Source of the DNA: Dehalococcoidia bacterium
GTDB lineage: Bacteria; Chloroflexota; Dehalococcoidia; UBA2979
Length of the DNA: 64,000 bases
Reading direction: 5' to 3'
Assembly: GCA_965219085.1 (NCBI GenBank)
Contig: OZ244720.1
Span: forward strand, 2,304,001-2,368,000
Part shown: positions 1-12,731 of the stretch, piece by piece
Numbering within the stretch: position 1 is the stretch's first letter
Layout of the letters: every line of letters begins with the position of its first letter
Notes under the pieces: model-generated
What the model was told of the DNA's origin: nothing
What the model saw: the letters and a program-made list of their open reading frames with translations, nothing else
The model's database searches: none
Position numbers and translations under genes: made by a program

Positions 1-62
1 ATCGCCCGTCGAGCCGTCGCGCGCGTGGTGGAACGATTGGTGAGGTGGCTGCGTAGTATTGA

Positions 63-2597
63 TTGACGCCTTCCGCGCGAAATGAGGCCCTCGTGAGCAC
101 ATGGCGCATCGCTACCCTGACCCTGCTTGCCGCGATCATTGGCCTCGTCGCCGCCGCGATGCCGCCGACGGCCCAGGCACAGCGTCCGCCCATCGACCCG
201 TGCACCGACTGCTGGTGGGTCGGGCCGGGCAACGCACGCCTCACCCACGCAGAGGCCGACGTGACCGTCGCCGACGGGCGCTACCGCACGCGCTGGACGC
301 TCACCTTCGAGCACCCCGGCAGGGGCGGCCTCGCCGAGGGGCGCGTGATCGCCCCGCTGCCCCCGGACAGCGTCGTGACCGATCTCACGCTGGCCGGCGG
401 CCCGCAGACCCTCGAGGGGCGGCTGCTCGGGGCGGGCGACGCCTCGCGCATCTACCAGGAGATCGTGAGCCGCCTCATCGACCCGGCGCTGCTGCGCTCG
501 CTCGGCGATGACCTCTACGAGATCCGCGCCTTCCCCGTGCCGGCCGGCGAGACACGCCGGGTGCGCTACACCGTGACGACCCCCCTCGCGGCCGAGTCCA
601 ACGAGGTGGTGGTCGAGGCGCCGTGGTCGCGGATGTCGCCGCGACCGGCCGCGGCCAGGATCACCGCGGCCATCGACGTGCCGTGGGAGGTGCGAACCGC
701 GATCGCGCCGGGGCACGTGCCCACTATCGAGCGGAGCGGACCGGGCACGCTCGACGTGTCCTGGGAGTCGCCCGCCGACTGGACGGCGGCTCGCGACTTC
801 CGCCTGCACCTCGCCGGCGGCGACGGCCTCGTTGCCGCACGCCTGCTCGCGCATAGGGAGGGCGATGAAGACGGCTACTTCGCGCTGCTACTCGCACCCT
901 CGCTGGACACGGGCGACCGCGTCGCGCGCGACATCGTGATCGTGGTTGACCGCAGCGGCTCGATGTATGGCGAGAAGATCAAGCAGGCCCGCGCCGCGGC
1001 TGCCGCTATCCTCGACGACCTCGGGAGCGAGGATCGCTTCGGCATCGTCAGCTTCGCCGACAGCGCGACCTCCTTCGCCGACGCACTGCAGCCCGCGTCC
1101 GCGGCGACTGCAGGCAAGGCCTGGATCGAACGCATCGAGGACAGCGGGGGCACCAACATCGCCGCAGCGCTGACCGAGGCGATGGATCTGTTGGGGAGCG
1201 ACCGGCCCGCGACGGTGGTGTTCCTCACCGACGGCCTGCCCACGGTCGGCATCGGCGACACCGACGGCATCGTCGCTGTCGCCCAGTCGGCCGCGCCCGC
1301 GAACGTGCAGCTCTTCGCGTTCGGCGTGGGCTTCGACGTCGATGCGGTGCTGCTCGACGCGCTGACCTCGCGCTTCACCGGCTCCAGCCACTACGTTACG
1401 CCGGACGAGCGCATCGACACCGAGGTGGGCAAGCTCAGCGAGCGCATCTCGACCCCCGTACTGCTCTCCACCGCGATCACGTTCGAGCTGCCCGAGGGCG
1501 TCGAGGCGCCGACGGTGCGCGCGCTCGCGCCCGCCAGTCCCGGCGGCATCTTCGTCGGCGAGCAGGTGCTCATCGCGGGCCGCTACGAGGGCTCGGGCGA
1601 TGTCACCGCAGTGCTGACCGGGCAGAGCGCCGAGGGCAAGCAGCGCTTCGAGTACGAACTGGCGCTGCCGGAGACCTCGGACGACCCGGGTATCGCCTTG
1701 CTGTGGGCGCAGCGCCGCATCGCCGACCTGCTGCGCGAGCTACGCATCGAGGGTGCGCGCGAGGGCCTCATCGAGTCCATCGTCGGCATCGCCAACCAGT
1801 TCGGCATCGTCACGCCGTACACGTCCTACCTCGCCGAGGAGCCCGAAGCGGTCTTCGAGGCGGAGGATGCAATGGCCGCCATGGCCGACGGCATGGCGGA
1901 CGACGACTCGTTCGGCGAGGCGGCCGTGCGAACGTCGGAGAGCGTGTCGGAGCTTGCCGAGGGGCAGGTCGAGCACTCGACGCCGTCGGCCGCGCGCCTC
2001 GTCGGCACCCGCACCTACTACCTGATCGGCGACACGTGGACCGAGGAGGGCTTCGACCGCTCCGGTCCGGAGCCCGACGAGGTGACGCTCGACGCTGCGA
2101 AGCTCGCTGAGCTGCAGTCCGGCGACCCGCAGCTCGTGGCTGCCTCGGCGCTCGGCCCGCGCGTGATCACCCTCGGCGCGACCGGCTGGGCGCTGCTCGT
2201 CTGGCCGGAGCCAACCGTCGAGGACACGACCACCGATACGGGGACGCCGACCGCGACAGAGACGCCGACCGCGACGGAGACGCCGACCGCGACTGAGACG
2301 CCGACCGACACTGAGACGCCGACCGACACGGAGACGCTGACCGACACGGAGACGCCGACCGACACGGAGACGCCGACCGCGACGGAGACGCCGACCCCGG
2401 ACACCGACTACGTAGTGCAGTCGGGTGACACGCTGTGGCGGATCGCCGCGGACTGCTACGGCGAGGGACGGCGCTGGCCGGAGATCTGGGACGCCAACCG
2501 CGACCGAGTCATGGACGACGGCCGCACGTTCAGCAACGCGAATCTCATCCGCATCGGGTGGACGCTGACCATCCCCGGCGGGTGCGAGGGTGAGTAG
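63..2597 (+). CDS. Secreted VIT + von Willebrand A domain protein with Thr/Pro/Glu linker and C-terminal LysM domain
   Basis: Signal-peptide-like N-terminus; VIT-like region (DPALL); vWA MIDAS DRSGS...GGTNI...LTDG; LWAQRRI...FGIVTPYTSYL motif; LysM YVVQSGDTLWRIA. Confidence 0.85.
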   Translation: MTPSARNEALVSTWRIATLTLLAAIIGLVAAAMPPTAQAQRPPIDPCTDCWWVGPGNARLTHAEADVTVADGRYRTRWTLTFEHPGRGGLAEGRVIAPLPPDSVVTDLTLAGGPQTLEGRLLGAGDASRIYQEIVSRLIDPALLRSLGDDLYEIRAFPVPAGETRRVRYTVTTPLAAESNEVVVEAPWSRMSPRPAAARITAAIDVPWEVRTAIAPGHVPTIERSGPGTLDVSWESPADWTAARDFRLHLAGGDGLVAARLLAHREGDEDGYFALLLAPSLDTGDRVARDIVIVVDRSGSMYGEKIKQARAAAAAILDDLGSEDRFGIVSFADSATSFADALQPASAATAGKAWIERIEDSGGTNIAAALTEAMDLLGSDRPATVVFLTDGLPTVGIGDTDGIVAVAQSAAPANVQLFAFGVGFDVDAVLLDALTSRFTGSSHYVTPDERIDTEVGKLSERISTPVLLSTAITFELPEGVEAPTVRALAPASPGGIFVGEQVLIAGRYEGSGDVTAVLTGQSAEGKQRFEYELALPETSDDPGIALLWAQRRIADLLRELRIEGAREGLIESIVGIANQFGIVTPYTSYLAEEPEAVFEAEDAMAAMADGMADDDSFGEAAVRTSESVSELAEGQVEHSTPSAARLVGTRTYYLIGDTWTEEGFDRSGPEPDEVTLDAAKLAELQSGDPQLVAASALGPRVITLGATGWALLVWPEPTVEDTTTDTGTPTATETPTATETPTATETPTDTETPTDTETLTDTETPTDTETPTATETPTPDTDYVVQSGDTLWRIAADCYGEGRRWPEIWDANRDRVMDDGRTFSNANLIRIGWTLTIPGGCEGE
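2238..2399 (+). repeat. 18-bp coding tandem repeat (about 9 units, TETPT[A/D])
   Basis: Repeated acggagacgccgacc(gcg/gac) units in the linker before the LysM domain. Confidence 0.9.
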
Positions 2598-2658
2598 GCC
2601 GGGCGCGTCGGTTGCCGACGGGGGTACGCACATGTGAGGATTCGAGGCGAGGACGCCG

Positions 2659-3327
2659 ATGCCGAAGCAGGTCACCAACGTCGCCGCCGACGACGCGCTC
2701 ACGACGATCTACCGGATCTCGCACGACGAGCAGGAAGAGGTCATCGCCGCGCGCGTCGCGGAGCGGCTCGGCATCAAGCCGGCCTCGGTGGCCGGCATGC
2801 TCACGCGGCTCCGCCGCGACCGCCTCGTCAACATCGATGGCCGCAAGCGCATCTCGCTCAGCAAGGCAGGATTCGAGCGCGCCGAGCACATGGTCCGCAG
2901 GCACCGCCTGGCCGAGTGCCTGCTCGTCGAGACGCTGGGCCTGGAGTGGTGGCGCGCCTACGAAGAGGCGCACCTCATGGAGCACGCCATCTCCGACGTG
3001 ACCGAGCCGCTGATCGTCGAGCGCCTCGGCGAGCCGACGGTGTCGCCGTTCGGCTACCCGATCCCCGGCACCGATCACCAACACCCGCTGTCCGGGCGGC
3101 GTCTCTCCTCCATCGAGGCCGGCGCGCGCGCCACCATCGAGCGGGTATACGAGGAGGAAGAGGAGCTGCTCCGCTTCTTCCACGAGGAGGGCATTCGGCC
3201 CAACGTCGAGTTCACCGTGCAGGATGTCGCCCCGTACCGCGGCACCGTCACCATCGCCCTCGACGGCCGCGAACTGGTGCTCGGCCTTGAGGCCGCGCAC
3301 CGCATCTGGGTGTGGGACGAGGACTGA
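2659..3327 (+). CDS. DtxR/MntR family metal-dependent transcriptional regulator with FeoA domain
   Basis: HTH SVAGMLTRL; RRHRLAE; EAHLMEHAIS; PFGYPIP; C-terminal FeoA-like domain. Confidence 0.9.
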   Translation: MPKQVTNVAADDALTTIYRISHDEQEEVIAARVAERLGIKPASVAGMLTRLRRDRLVNIDGRKRISLSKAGFERAEHMVRRHRLAECLLVETLGLEWWRAYEEAHLMEHAISDVTEPLIVERLGEPTVSPFGYPIPGTDHQHPLSGRRLSSIEAGARATIERVYEEEEELLRFFHEEGIRPNVEFTVQDVAPYRGTVTIALDGRELVLGLEAAHRIWVWDED

Positions 3328-3369
3328 ACCACCTTTCGGGTAACATAGTTGTGCCAGTAAGGTAGTCGT

Positions 3370-3585
3370 ATGAGCAGCGCGACGAGGATCATCAACGCGG
3401 TGCGTGGCTTGCGCGACGAAGCCGGCTTCGAGCCTGAGGAAGCCGACGCCATCGGCGTCGCCGCTGCTGAGGTAGCAGAGGCTGCGGCGGATCGGATGCT
3501 GATTCGGCTCGGTGCGTGGGTCCTCGGCGTAGTGGGCGTTGCCACTGCGATCATCATCGCGGTGATCCGGTTGAGCTTTTCCTAG
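3370..3585 (+). CDS. Small membrane-anchored protein, DUF1640/CCDC90-like
   Basis: LRDEAGFEPEEADAI head motif plus C-terminal hydrophobic helix. Confidence 0.55.
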   Translation: MSSATRIINAVRGLRDEAGFEPEEADAIGVAAAEVAEAAADRMLIRLGAWVLGVVGVATAIIIAVIRLSFS

Positions 3586-3613
3586 CCCCGACTCCGGTGA
3601 CGAATCCCGGTCG

Positions 3614-3657
3614 GCGCTATGCGCCGCGCATGACCTGCGCCGCCTCCACCATGTGCT
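3614..3657 (-). repeat. Duplicate of the metE 3' end (matches 3861-3904)
   Basis: 43/44 nt identical, including the stop codon; the one mismatch is synonymous (GTC/GTG Val). Confidence 0.9.
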
Positions 3658-3659
3658 AC

Positions 3660-3818
3660 ATCGGCCTCGCGACAGTCGAGGCGGCGGAGGCAGCAGCGGA
3701 TCGCATCGCAGATCGGCTGCTGATCTGGCTCGGTGCGTGGACGCTGGGGGTCGTGCTGGGCGTCGTCAGCATTGCCACCGCGATCATCACCGCGGTGATC
3801 CGATTGAGCCTGTCCTAA
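3660..3818 (+). pseudogene. Diverged 3'-half duplicate of the 3370-3585 small gene
   Basis: IGLATVEAAEAAADR...LGAW...ATAIITAVIRLSLS* versus IGVAAAEVAEAAADR...LGAW...ATAIIIAVIRLSFS*; N-terminal half missing. Confidence 0.8.
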
Positions 3819-3863
3819 CGCCCCTACTGCCTCGATCCCCGGCGCCGTACTCGCGCTGGTGCG

Positions 3864-6164
3864 CTATGCGCCGCGCATCACCTGCGCCGCCTCCACCATG
3901 TGCTCCAGCGCCGGCACCGTCTCCTCGTAGCGACGCGTCTTGAGGCCGCAGTCCGGGTTCACCCACAGCAGCCCGGGATCGAGCACCGACGCCGCCTCCT
4001 CGAGGCGGCCGACCATCTCGGCCGCCGACGGTACGCGCGGTGAGTGGATGTCGTACACGCCGAGCCCGAGGTCCTTGTCGTAGCCGCGGTCGCGGAAGCC
4101 GTCGAGGCTCTCCGCGTCGGAGCGCGCGTTGAACAGCAGCATCACGTCGGCCTCCATCTCGGAGACCGCGTCCAGCACATCGCCGAGGTGCACGTAGCAC
4201 ATGTGCGACTGGATCTGCGTGTCGTCGCGCACCCCCGCCGTCGCCAGGCGGAAGCACGGCACGGCCCAGCCGAGGTACGCCGGCCAGTCCGCGCGTCGCA
4301 GCGGCACGCCCTCGCGCAGCGCAGGCTCGTCGACCTGGATCACGCGGATGCCGGCTGCCTCGAGGTCCACGACCTCGTCGCGGATCGCGAGGGCGATCTG
4401 GCGGCACGTCTCCGCGCGGGGCTGGTCGTCGCGCACGAACGACCAGTTGAGGATCGTCACCGGCCCGGTGAGCATGCCCTTCACGGGGCGGTCGGTCAGC
4501 GACTGCGCGTACGTCGCCCAGCGCACCGTCATCGGGCCCGGGCGCGCCACGTCGCCGTACACGATCGGCGGCTTCACGTTGCGCGACCCGTACGACTGCA
4601 CCCACCCGAAGCGCGTGAACGCGAAACCGTCGAGTTGCTCGCCGAAGTACTCGACCATGTCGTTGCGCTCCGACTCGCCGTGCACGAGCACGTCGAGGCC
4701 GATGCGCTCCTGGAGCCGGATCACCTGCTCGATCTCGGCCTCGAGGAAGCCCTCGTACTCCTCGGCGGTGATGCGGCCGTTGGCGAAGCGGCGGCGCTCG
4801 CGCCGGATCTCCGGCGTCTGCGGGAACGAGCCGATCGTGGTGGTCGGGAACGGCGGCAGGCCGAGGCGCATGCGCTGCGCAGCACGGCGCTCCTCGACGC
4901 CCCCGTCGCGGTCGTAGTCGTCCGACGTGGTCGATGCGACCCGCTCGCGCACGGCGGGGTTGTGCGTCCGAGGCGAGTTGCGGCGCGACTCGAGCGCCGA
5001 GCGGTTCGCGGCGAGCTCATCGGGTGCGGCGTTCGGGTCGACGAGCGCGCGGCCGAGGACGGCGACCTCCTCGATCTTCTGGTTCGCGAACGCGAGCCAC
5101 GAGCGCAGCTCGGGGTCGAGGTCGGTTTCGAGGCCGAGCTCGATCGGCACGTGCAGCAGCGAGCACGACGCGCCGACGATGACGCGGTCCTCGCCGACGG
5201 CCGCGCCGATGTCGCGCAGCGTCGCGAGCGAGGCGTCGAGGTCGTTGGCCCAGACGTTGCGGCCATCGACGACGCCTGCGACGACGTGCTTGCCGCCCGG
5301 CAGGCCGTGGCGCTGCAGCAGCCCGAGGTTGCGCCGCCCGCGCACGAGGTCGAGGCCGATCGCCGCCACGGGCAGCTCGGTGAGCGTGCGGTACGCCTCG
5401 TCGACATTGCCGAAGTAGGTCTGCACCAGCAGCTTCGTCGAGCCGGCCGCCGTGGCCAGGCGCTCGTAGGCGCGGGTGAGCGCGGCCAGCTCCTCGGGTG
5501 TGCGGTCCTGCACGAGCACCGGCTCGTCGAGCTGCACCCACTGCGCGCCCGCCTCGTGCAGCAGCGCGAGCACCTCGGCGTAGACATCGAGCAGGCCCGG
5601 CAGCAGCGAGAGCAGGTCGAACCCGTCGTCGTGGTTGCCGTCGGCGTCGAAGCCGCGCGCGAGCAGCAGGAACGACACCGGCCCGAGCAGCACGGGCATC
5701 GTCTCGATGCCCGCCGCGCGCGCCTCGAGGTACTCGTCGAGCGGCTTGCGGTTGGCCAGCCGGAAGCGCGTGGCTGGCGACAGCTCGGGCACGAGGTAGT
5801 GGTAGTTGGTGTCGAACCACTTCACCATCTCGAGCGCGGTCACGTCGATGCCAGCGTCCTGCGCGCCGCGCGCCATGGCGAAGTAGGTGTCGAGGCCCCC
5901 GTCGCCGCCGTTGCGGTAGCGCGGCGGCGCCGCGTCGACCATCGCGATCGTGTCGAGCACGTGGTCGTAGTACGAGAAGGCGTTCGAGGGGATGAGGTCG
6001 ATCCCCGCGTCGCGCATGCGCGTCCACGCCTCCAGGCGCAGCGAGCGAGCGGTCGCCTCAAGGTCCTCGCGGCCCACTTCCCCGTCCCAGTAACCCTCGA
6101 CGGCGCGCTTGAGCTCGCGCCGCGCGCCGATGCGCGGATAGCCGGAGAGGGCGGACAGGGCCAT
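3864..6164 (-). CDS. metE: Cobalamin-independent methionine synthase
   Basis: GYPRIG, KWFDTNYHY, TTTIGSFPQT, RNDMVEYFGE, HMCY and NPDCGLKTR motifs. Confidence 0.97.
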   Translation of the reverse strand: MALSALSGYPRIGARRELKRAVEGYWDGEVGREDLEATARSLRLEAWTRMRDAGIDLIPSNAFSYYDHVLDTIAMVDAAPPRYRNGGDGGLDTYFAMARGAQDAGIDVTALEMVKWFDTNYHYLVPELSPATRFRLANRKPLDEYLEARAAGIETMPVLLGPVSFLLLARGFDADGNHDDGFDLLSLLPGLLDVYAEVLALLHEAGAQWVQLDEPVLVQDRTPEELAALTRAYERLATAAGSTKLLVQTYFGNVDEAYRTLTELPVAAIGLDLVRGRRNLGLLQRHGLPGGKHVVAGVVDGRNVWANDLDASLATLRDIGAAVGEDRVIVGASCSLLHVPIELGLETDLDPELRSWLAFANQKIEEVAVLGRALVDPNAAPDELAANRSALESRRNSPRTHNPAVRERVASTTSDDYDRDGGVEERRAAQRMRLGLPPFPTTTIGSFPQTPEIRRERRRFANGRITAEEYEGFLEAEIEQVIRLQERIGLDVLVHGESERNDMVEYFGEQLDGFAFTRFGWVQSYGSRNVKPPIVYGDVARPGPMTVRWATYAQSLTDRPVKGMLTGPVTILNWSFVRDDQPRAETCRQIALAIRDEVVDLEAAGIRVIQVDEPALREGVPLRRADWPAYLGWAVPCFRLATAGVRDDTQIQSHMCYVHLGDVLDAVSEMEADVMLLFNARSDAESLDGFRDRGYDKDLGLGVYDIHSPRVPSAAEMVGRLEEAASVLDPGLLWVNPDCGLKTRRYEETVPALEHMVEAAQVMRGA

Positions 6165-6290
6165 GGGAGGGCTCCTCGGGGCGTGGGGATTCGGGGCTCG
6201 CCGGGTGGGTACGACGATCGTAGCGCGGGCGGTCGTGGCGGGCTACGCGGAAGCGCGCCGCATTGCGAGGCACTCACGCGTTGTGGTGTC

Positions 6291-6296
6291 TATAAT
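6291..6296 (+). promoter_or_regulatory. Consensus -10 box TATAAT just upstream of hicA (probable leaderless transcript)
   Basis: TATAAT ends 6 nt before the ATG at 6303. Confidence 0.5.
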
Positions 6297-6302
6297 GGCG
6301 TC

Positions 6303-6545
6303 ATGCCGGGAACGCCGCTCCCGCAGCTACGTGCACGAGCCGGGAGCCTGACGGCACGCGACCTCGTGCGCGAGTTGCGGGCGCGAGGATGGGTCGAAAT
6401 GGAGCGGAGGCGCGGCAAGGGCAGCCACCGAGTGTTCCGGAAGCCAGGCAGGCGCCGGGTTGTGGTTCCCCGAAGGCCCGCGCGAGGGACGGTGTTCGGC
6501 ATCCTCGGGAGCATCGAGGCGGATGAGGAGGCGGATCATGACTGA
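6303..6545 (+). CDS. hicA: HicA family toxin
   Basis: LRARGW...GKGSHRVFRKP...VVVP motif; overlaps the hicB start. Confidence 0.85.
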   Translation: MPGTPLPQLRARAGSLTARDLVRELRARGWVEMERRRGKGSHRVFRKPGRRRVVVPRRPARGTVFGILGSIEADEEADHD

Positions 6546-7005
6546 AGAGGCGACGATCGAAGCGGGGGTACGGGCAGCGGTCGCTGCTCCGTACACGCGG
6601 CTCTTCACGCGCGAGGAAGACGGCAGGTACTCGACGAGCGTCCTTGAGCTGCCGGGCTGCTTCTCGTCCGGGGACACGCCCGAAGACGCGATGGAGATGC
6701 TGGACGAGGCGATCGAGTTGTGGGTCGAGGCGGAACTCGAAGATGGCCACGACATCCCGCCGCCGTCGCGGGCGGTAGAGTACTCGGGCCGCCTCACACT
6801 GCGCCTGCTCCCCTCGATCCACGAGCGGGCGGCGCTCCTCGCGCAACACGAGCGCGTGAGCCTCAACCGCTACCTCGCCAACGCGATCAGCTACTACGTC
6901 GGGCTTGGCAGCCCGCAGGCTACGCCCGCGACCGCCGCGAGCGGGCAGCCCGCGCTGATGGTGCGGGAGGAGCCAGGGAGGTGGGGTGTTACGAACGAGG
7001 GGTAG
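6538..7005 (+). CDS. hicB: HicB family antitoxin with C-terminal ribbon-helix-helix
   Basis: ELPGCFSSGDTPEDA; YSGRLTLRL..SIH..A...A..E.VSLN. Confidence 0.9.
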   Translation: MTEEATIEAGVRAAVAAPYTRLFTREEDGRYSTSVLELPGCFSSGDTPEDAMEMLDEAIELWVEAELEDGHDIPPPSRAVEYSGRLTLRLLPSIHERAALLAQHERVSLNRYLANAISYYVGLGSPQATPATAASGQPALMVREEPGRWGVTNEG

Positions 7006-7032
7006 CAGGCTCGTCGAGCCGTGCTTCTCTTG

Positions 7033-7860
7033 TCAGGCACACTCGGCGATGAGGTATAGCATGCCTGCGGCGGCGCTGTGGATCGCGAATTTCGCAATCG
7101 ACTCCGAGCCCGAAGCCGCACCATGCGCCGCGCCTTCCGAGCCCCCACGGAGGTGATAGAGCTTCTTGAGTGCCTCCACCACGTTCGGGTCAAGGTCATG
7201 CTTGGTGCGCAGTGTGTCGAGGGCGTGATCGAGTAGGATCTTCGAGTCGTTCAGGAGCTCTCGGCAGACTTCCTCGACGGCGCTCGCCGCAGCGTGAACG
7301 GCCTCCGGATAATCCGCTCCTCTCGCCGACGTAGACTTGGTCAGCGCGGAAACGAACTTCTCTTCAGCGTCGGCGAAGCGAGGATCACGAAGAAGCGCGT
7401 CGCGCGCCTCGTCGACGGCTTGGTTCTCGATATCTGTGCCCGCCTCAACAATGTCGTCGCCAGCGAACCGATAGGCGAAGCGTGACAATGTGAACGCTTC
7501 GTCACACCCGACCTTGAGGATGATGTACCCCACAGGCCACTGCGCGTTGGCAGCCTTGACGAGCAACTCCACGATCTCGAGGAACTCGCCGACGCTGTGT
7601 TGGCTGGTGAGCAGCCTTTGAATCAGATTTCGCCGGTTACTCCAGCTTGCATCCAAGAGTGACGGGTCGAGCGCTAGGGAGCCCCACACCACACGAAAGA
7701 AGTTCTGCGAATGAGAGCCATCGACTTCCCACATCTCGTGGATCACCGCCGCTAGTTGGTTCGCTAGCCCTGCGGGGATGGAATCACGGATGAGGCCAGC
7801 TTCTCCTCTTGCGAGGCGCGCCGACCTGCGCTCGATGAACGTTGTTCCTCCCGGGGTCAT
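7033..7860 (-). CDS. Hypothetical protein, AbiJ-NTD/HEPN-like putative defence protein
   Basis: Lower-GC ORF; C-terminus DYPEAVHAAASAVE...LYHLRG...AAHG resembles Abi/HEPN-type domains. Confidence 0.5.
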   Translation of the reverse strand: MTPGGTTFIERRSARLARGEAGLIRDSIPAGLANQLAAVIHEMWEVDGSHSQNFFRVVWGSLALDPSLLDASWSNRRNLIQRLLTSQHSVGEFLEIVELLVKAANAQWPVGYIILKVGCDEAFTLSRFAYRFAGDDIVEAGTDIENQAVDEARDALLRDPRFADAEEKFVSALTKSTSARGADYPEAVHAAASAVEEVCRELLNDSKILLDHALDTLRTKHDLDPNVVEALKKLYHLRGGSEGAAHGAASGSESIAKFAIHSAAAGMLYLIAECA

Positions 7861-7926
7861 GTCAGCTCCAGCCTGACCACCGTTGTCGGGGGATCGTCGC
7901 CAGGCCCAACTCGGCTGCCGCCAAAG

Positions 7927-11787
<3,861 letters not shown>

Positions 11788-11904
11788 GGGAGCCCCCGGA
11801 TACGGCGGGGGTCAGACGGATCGCAATGCGTGCCCGGCCCCCGGCGGCGAAGTCACTGCGAGAACTGATGAGGCGCGTATGCGCGCGAACCCGCAGGGGA
11901 GCAA

Positions 11905-11934
11905 ACGTTACCGAGATCGACTATCAGTTGTCAA
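11905..11934 (-). promoter_or_regulatory. Putative sigma70 promoter of nrdJ (TTGACA-18 nt-TAACGT)
   Basis: Perfect -35 at 11934-11929 and TAnnnT -10 at 11910-11905. Confidence 0.55.
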
Positions 11935-11982
11935 CGTGAGGAGACGCCTTAGCAATAAGGATAACGCGTCGGCCGAGGGGGC

Positions 11983-12042
11983 CTACCCGCTCCCCACGAT
12001 CGCCTCGAGGTCATCCGGCTGCTTCGGGATCGCGCCCGACAG
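11983..12042 (-). repeat. Diverged duplicate of the pepP 3' end (matches 12732-12791)
   Basis: LSGAIPKQPDDLEAIVGSG* versus LSGAIPKAPEDLEAIVGSG*; 51/60 nt identical. Confidence 0.92.
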
Positions 12043-12047
12043 CCGGC

Positions 12048-12419
12048 TCAGCGGATCTGCCGCACCCGGCCCGCCGACCCCCATGCCGTGTCCGCCGTCA
12101 GCACATCGGCGTCGAGGCGCTCGCCGAGAGCCATGCAGAGACGGTCCGCCAGCGACAGGTTCTCGCCGCGTCGCCAGCGGCGCGCGGCCCACTCGGCGTC
12201 CGCTTCCAGTACCGGCTCGACGCGGACCCCGTAGCCCGCCAGCAGCGCCCCGCGGGCCATAGGCCAGTCCCGGCCCGCTGCCAGCACCCACTGCGCTACC
12301 TCGGACCAGTTCGCGGCGCCGCACCTGGCGTCGCTGGCGAGCGCCGACTCGACCACGTCGGCGCCTTCCTCGCCATGCACGAAGGCGAGCACCGCCGACG
12401 CGTCAAGCACGACCGTCAC
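12048..12419 (-). CDS. vapC: VapC/PIN-domain toxin
   Basis: VVLDASAVLA...NWSEV...LSLADRLC...LTAD. Confidence 0.92.
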   Translation of the reverse strand: MTVVLDASAVLAFVHGEEGADVVESALASDARCGAANWSEVAQWVLAAGRDWPMARGALLAGYGVRVEPVLEADAEWAARRWRRGENLSLADRLCMALGERLDADVLTADTAWGSAGRVRQIR

Positions 12420-12661
12420 CCGGCGTCCTCGAGCTCAGCAGCGCGCCGCCGCTCCGCGAGCAGCTCGCCCACGAGGTCGAGACCGGCGAGGTCGGCGCGG
12501 ACGCGGTCGAGTAGCTGCTCGCGCGTCAGCAGGAGCAGACCGTCCGGCGTCTCGAGCAGCATGAGTTGCGTGCCCTCAACCAGCCCTCTGCGCGCGCGGA
12601 CCTCGGCGGGCACGACGACCCTGCCCCGGTCTCCCACAACGACGCTATACGTCCCATCCAT
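12416..12661 (-). CDS. vapB: AbrB/MazE/SpoVT family antitoxin
   Basis: VGDRGRVVVPAEVRARRGL; 4-nt overlap with vapC. Confidence 0.88.
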   Translation of the reverse strand: MDGTYSVVVGDRGRVVVPAEVRARRGLVEGTQLMLLETPDGLLLLTREQLLDRVRADLAGLDLVGELLAERRRAAELEDAG

Positions 12662-12731
12662 GGTGCGAGCGTACCACATCGTGATCGTTGGTGGGATCCG
12701 GGACGTGGTGGTGCGCAGGGCAGTCCGATGA

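Noticed and set aside
2238-2399. Possible CRISPR or non-coding repeat array
   Set aside because: The 18-bp period is in frame and encodes a Thr/Pro linker.
6165-6290. Cobalamin or SAM riboswitch upstream of metE
   Set aside because: The leader is short and no conserved riboswitch motifs were recognisable; an Rfam scan would be decisive.
4044-6302. Long antisense ORFs (for example 4044-6545, 9112-11007, 12969-14831, 56694-58859)
   Set aside because: Shadow ORFs opposite well-supported genes, expected at high GC; only the 3' tip of 4044-6545 (hicA) is real.
7860-7882. Possible relic of the nrdJ 3' end (SGWS* versus SGCS*)
   Set aside because: Match too short to distinguish from chance.
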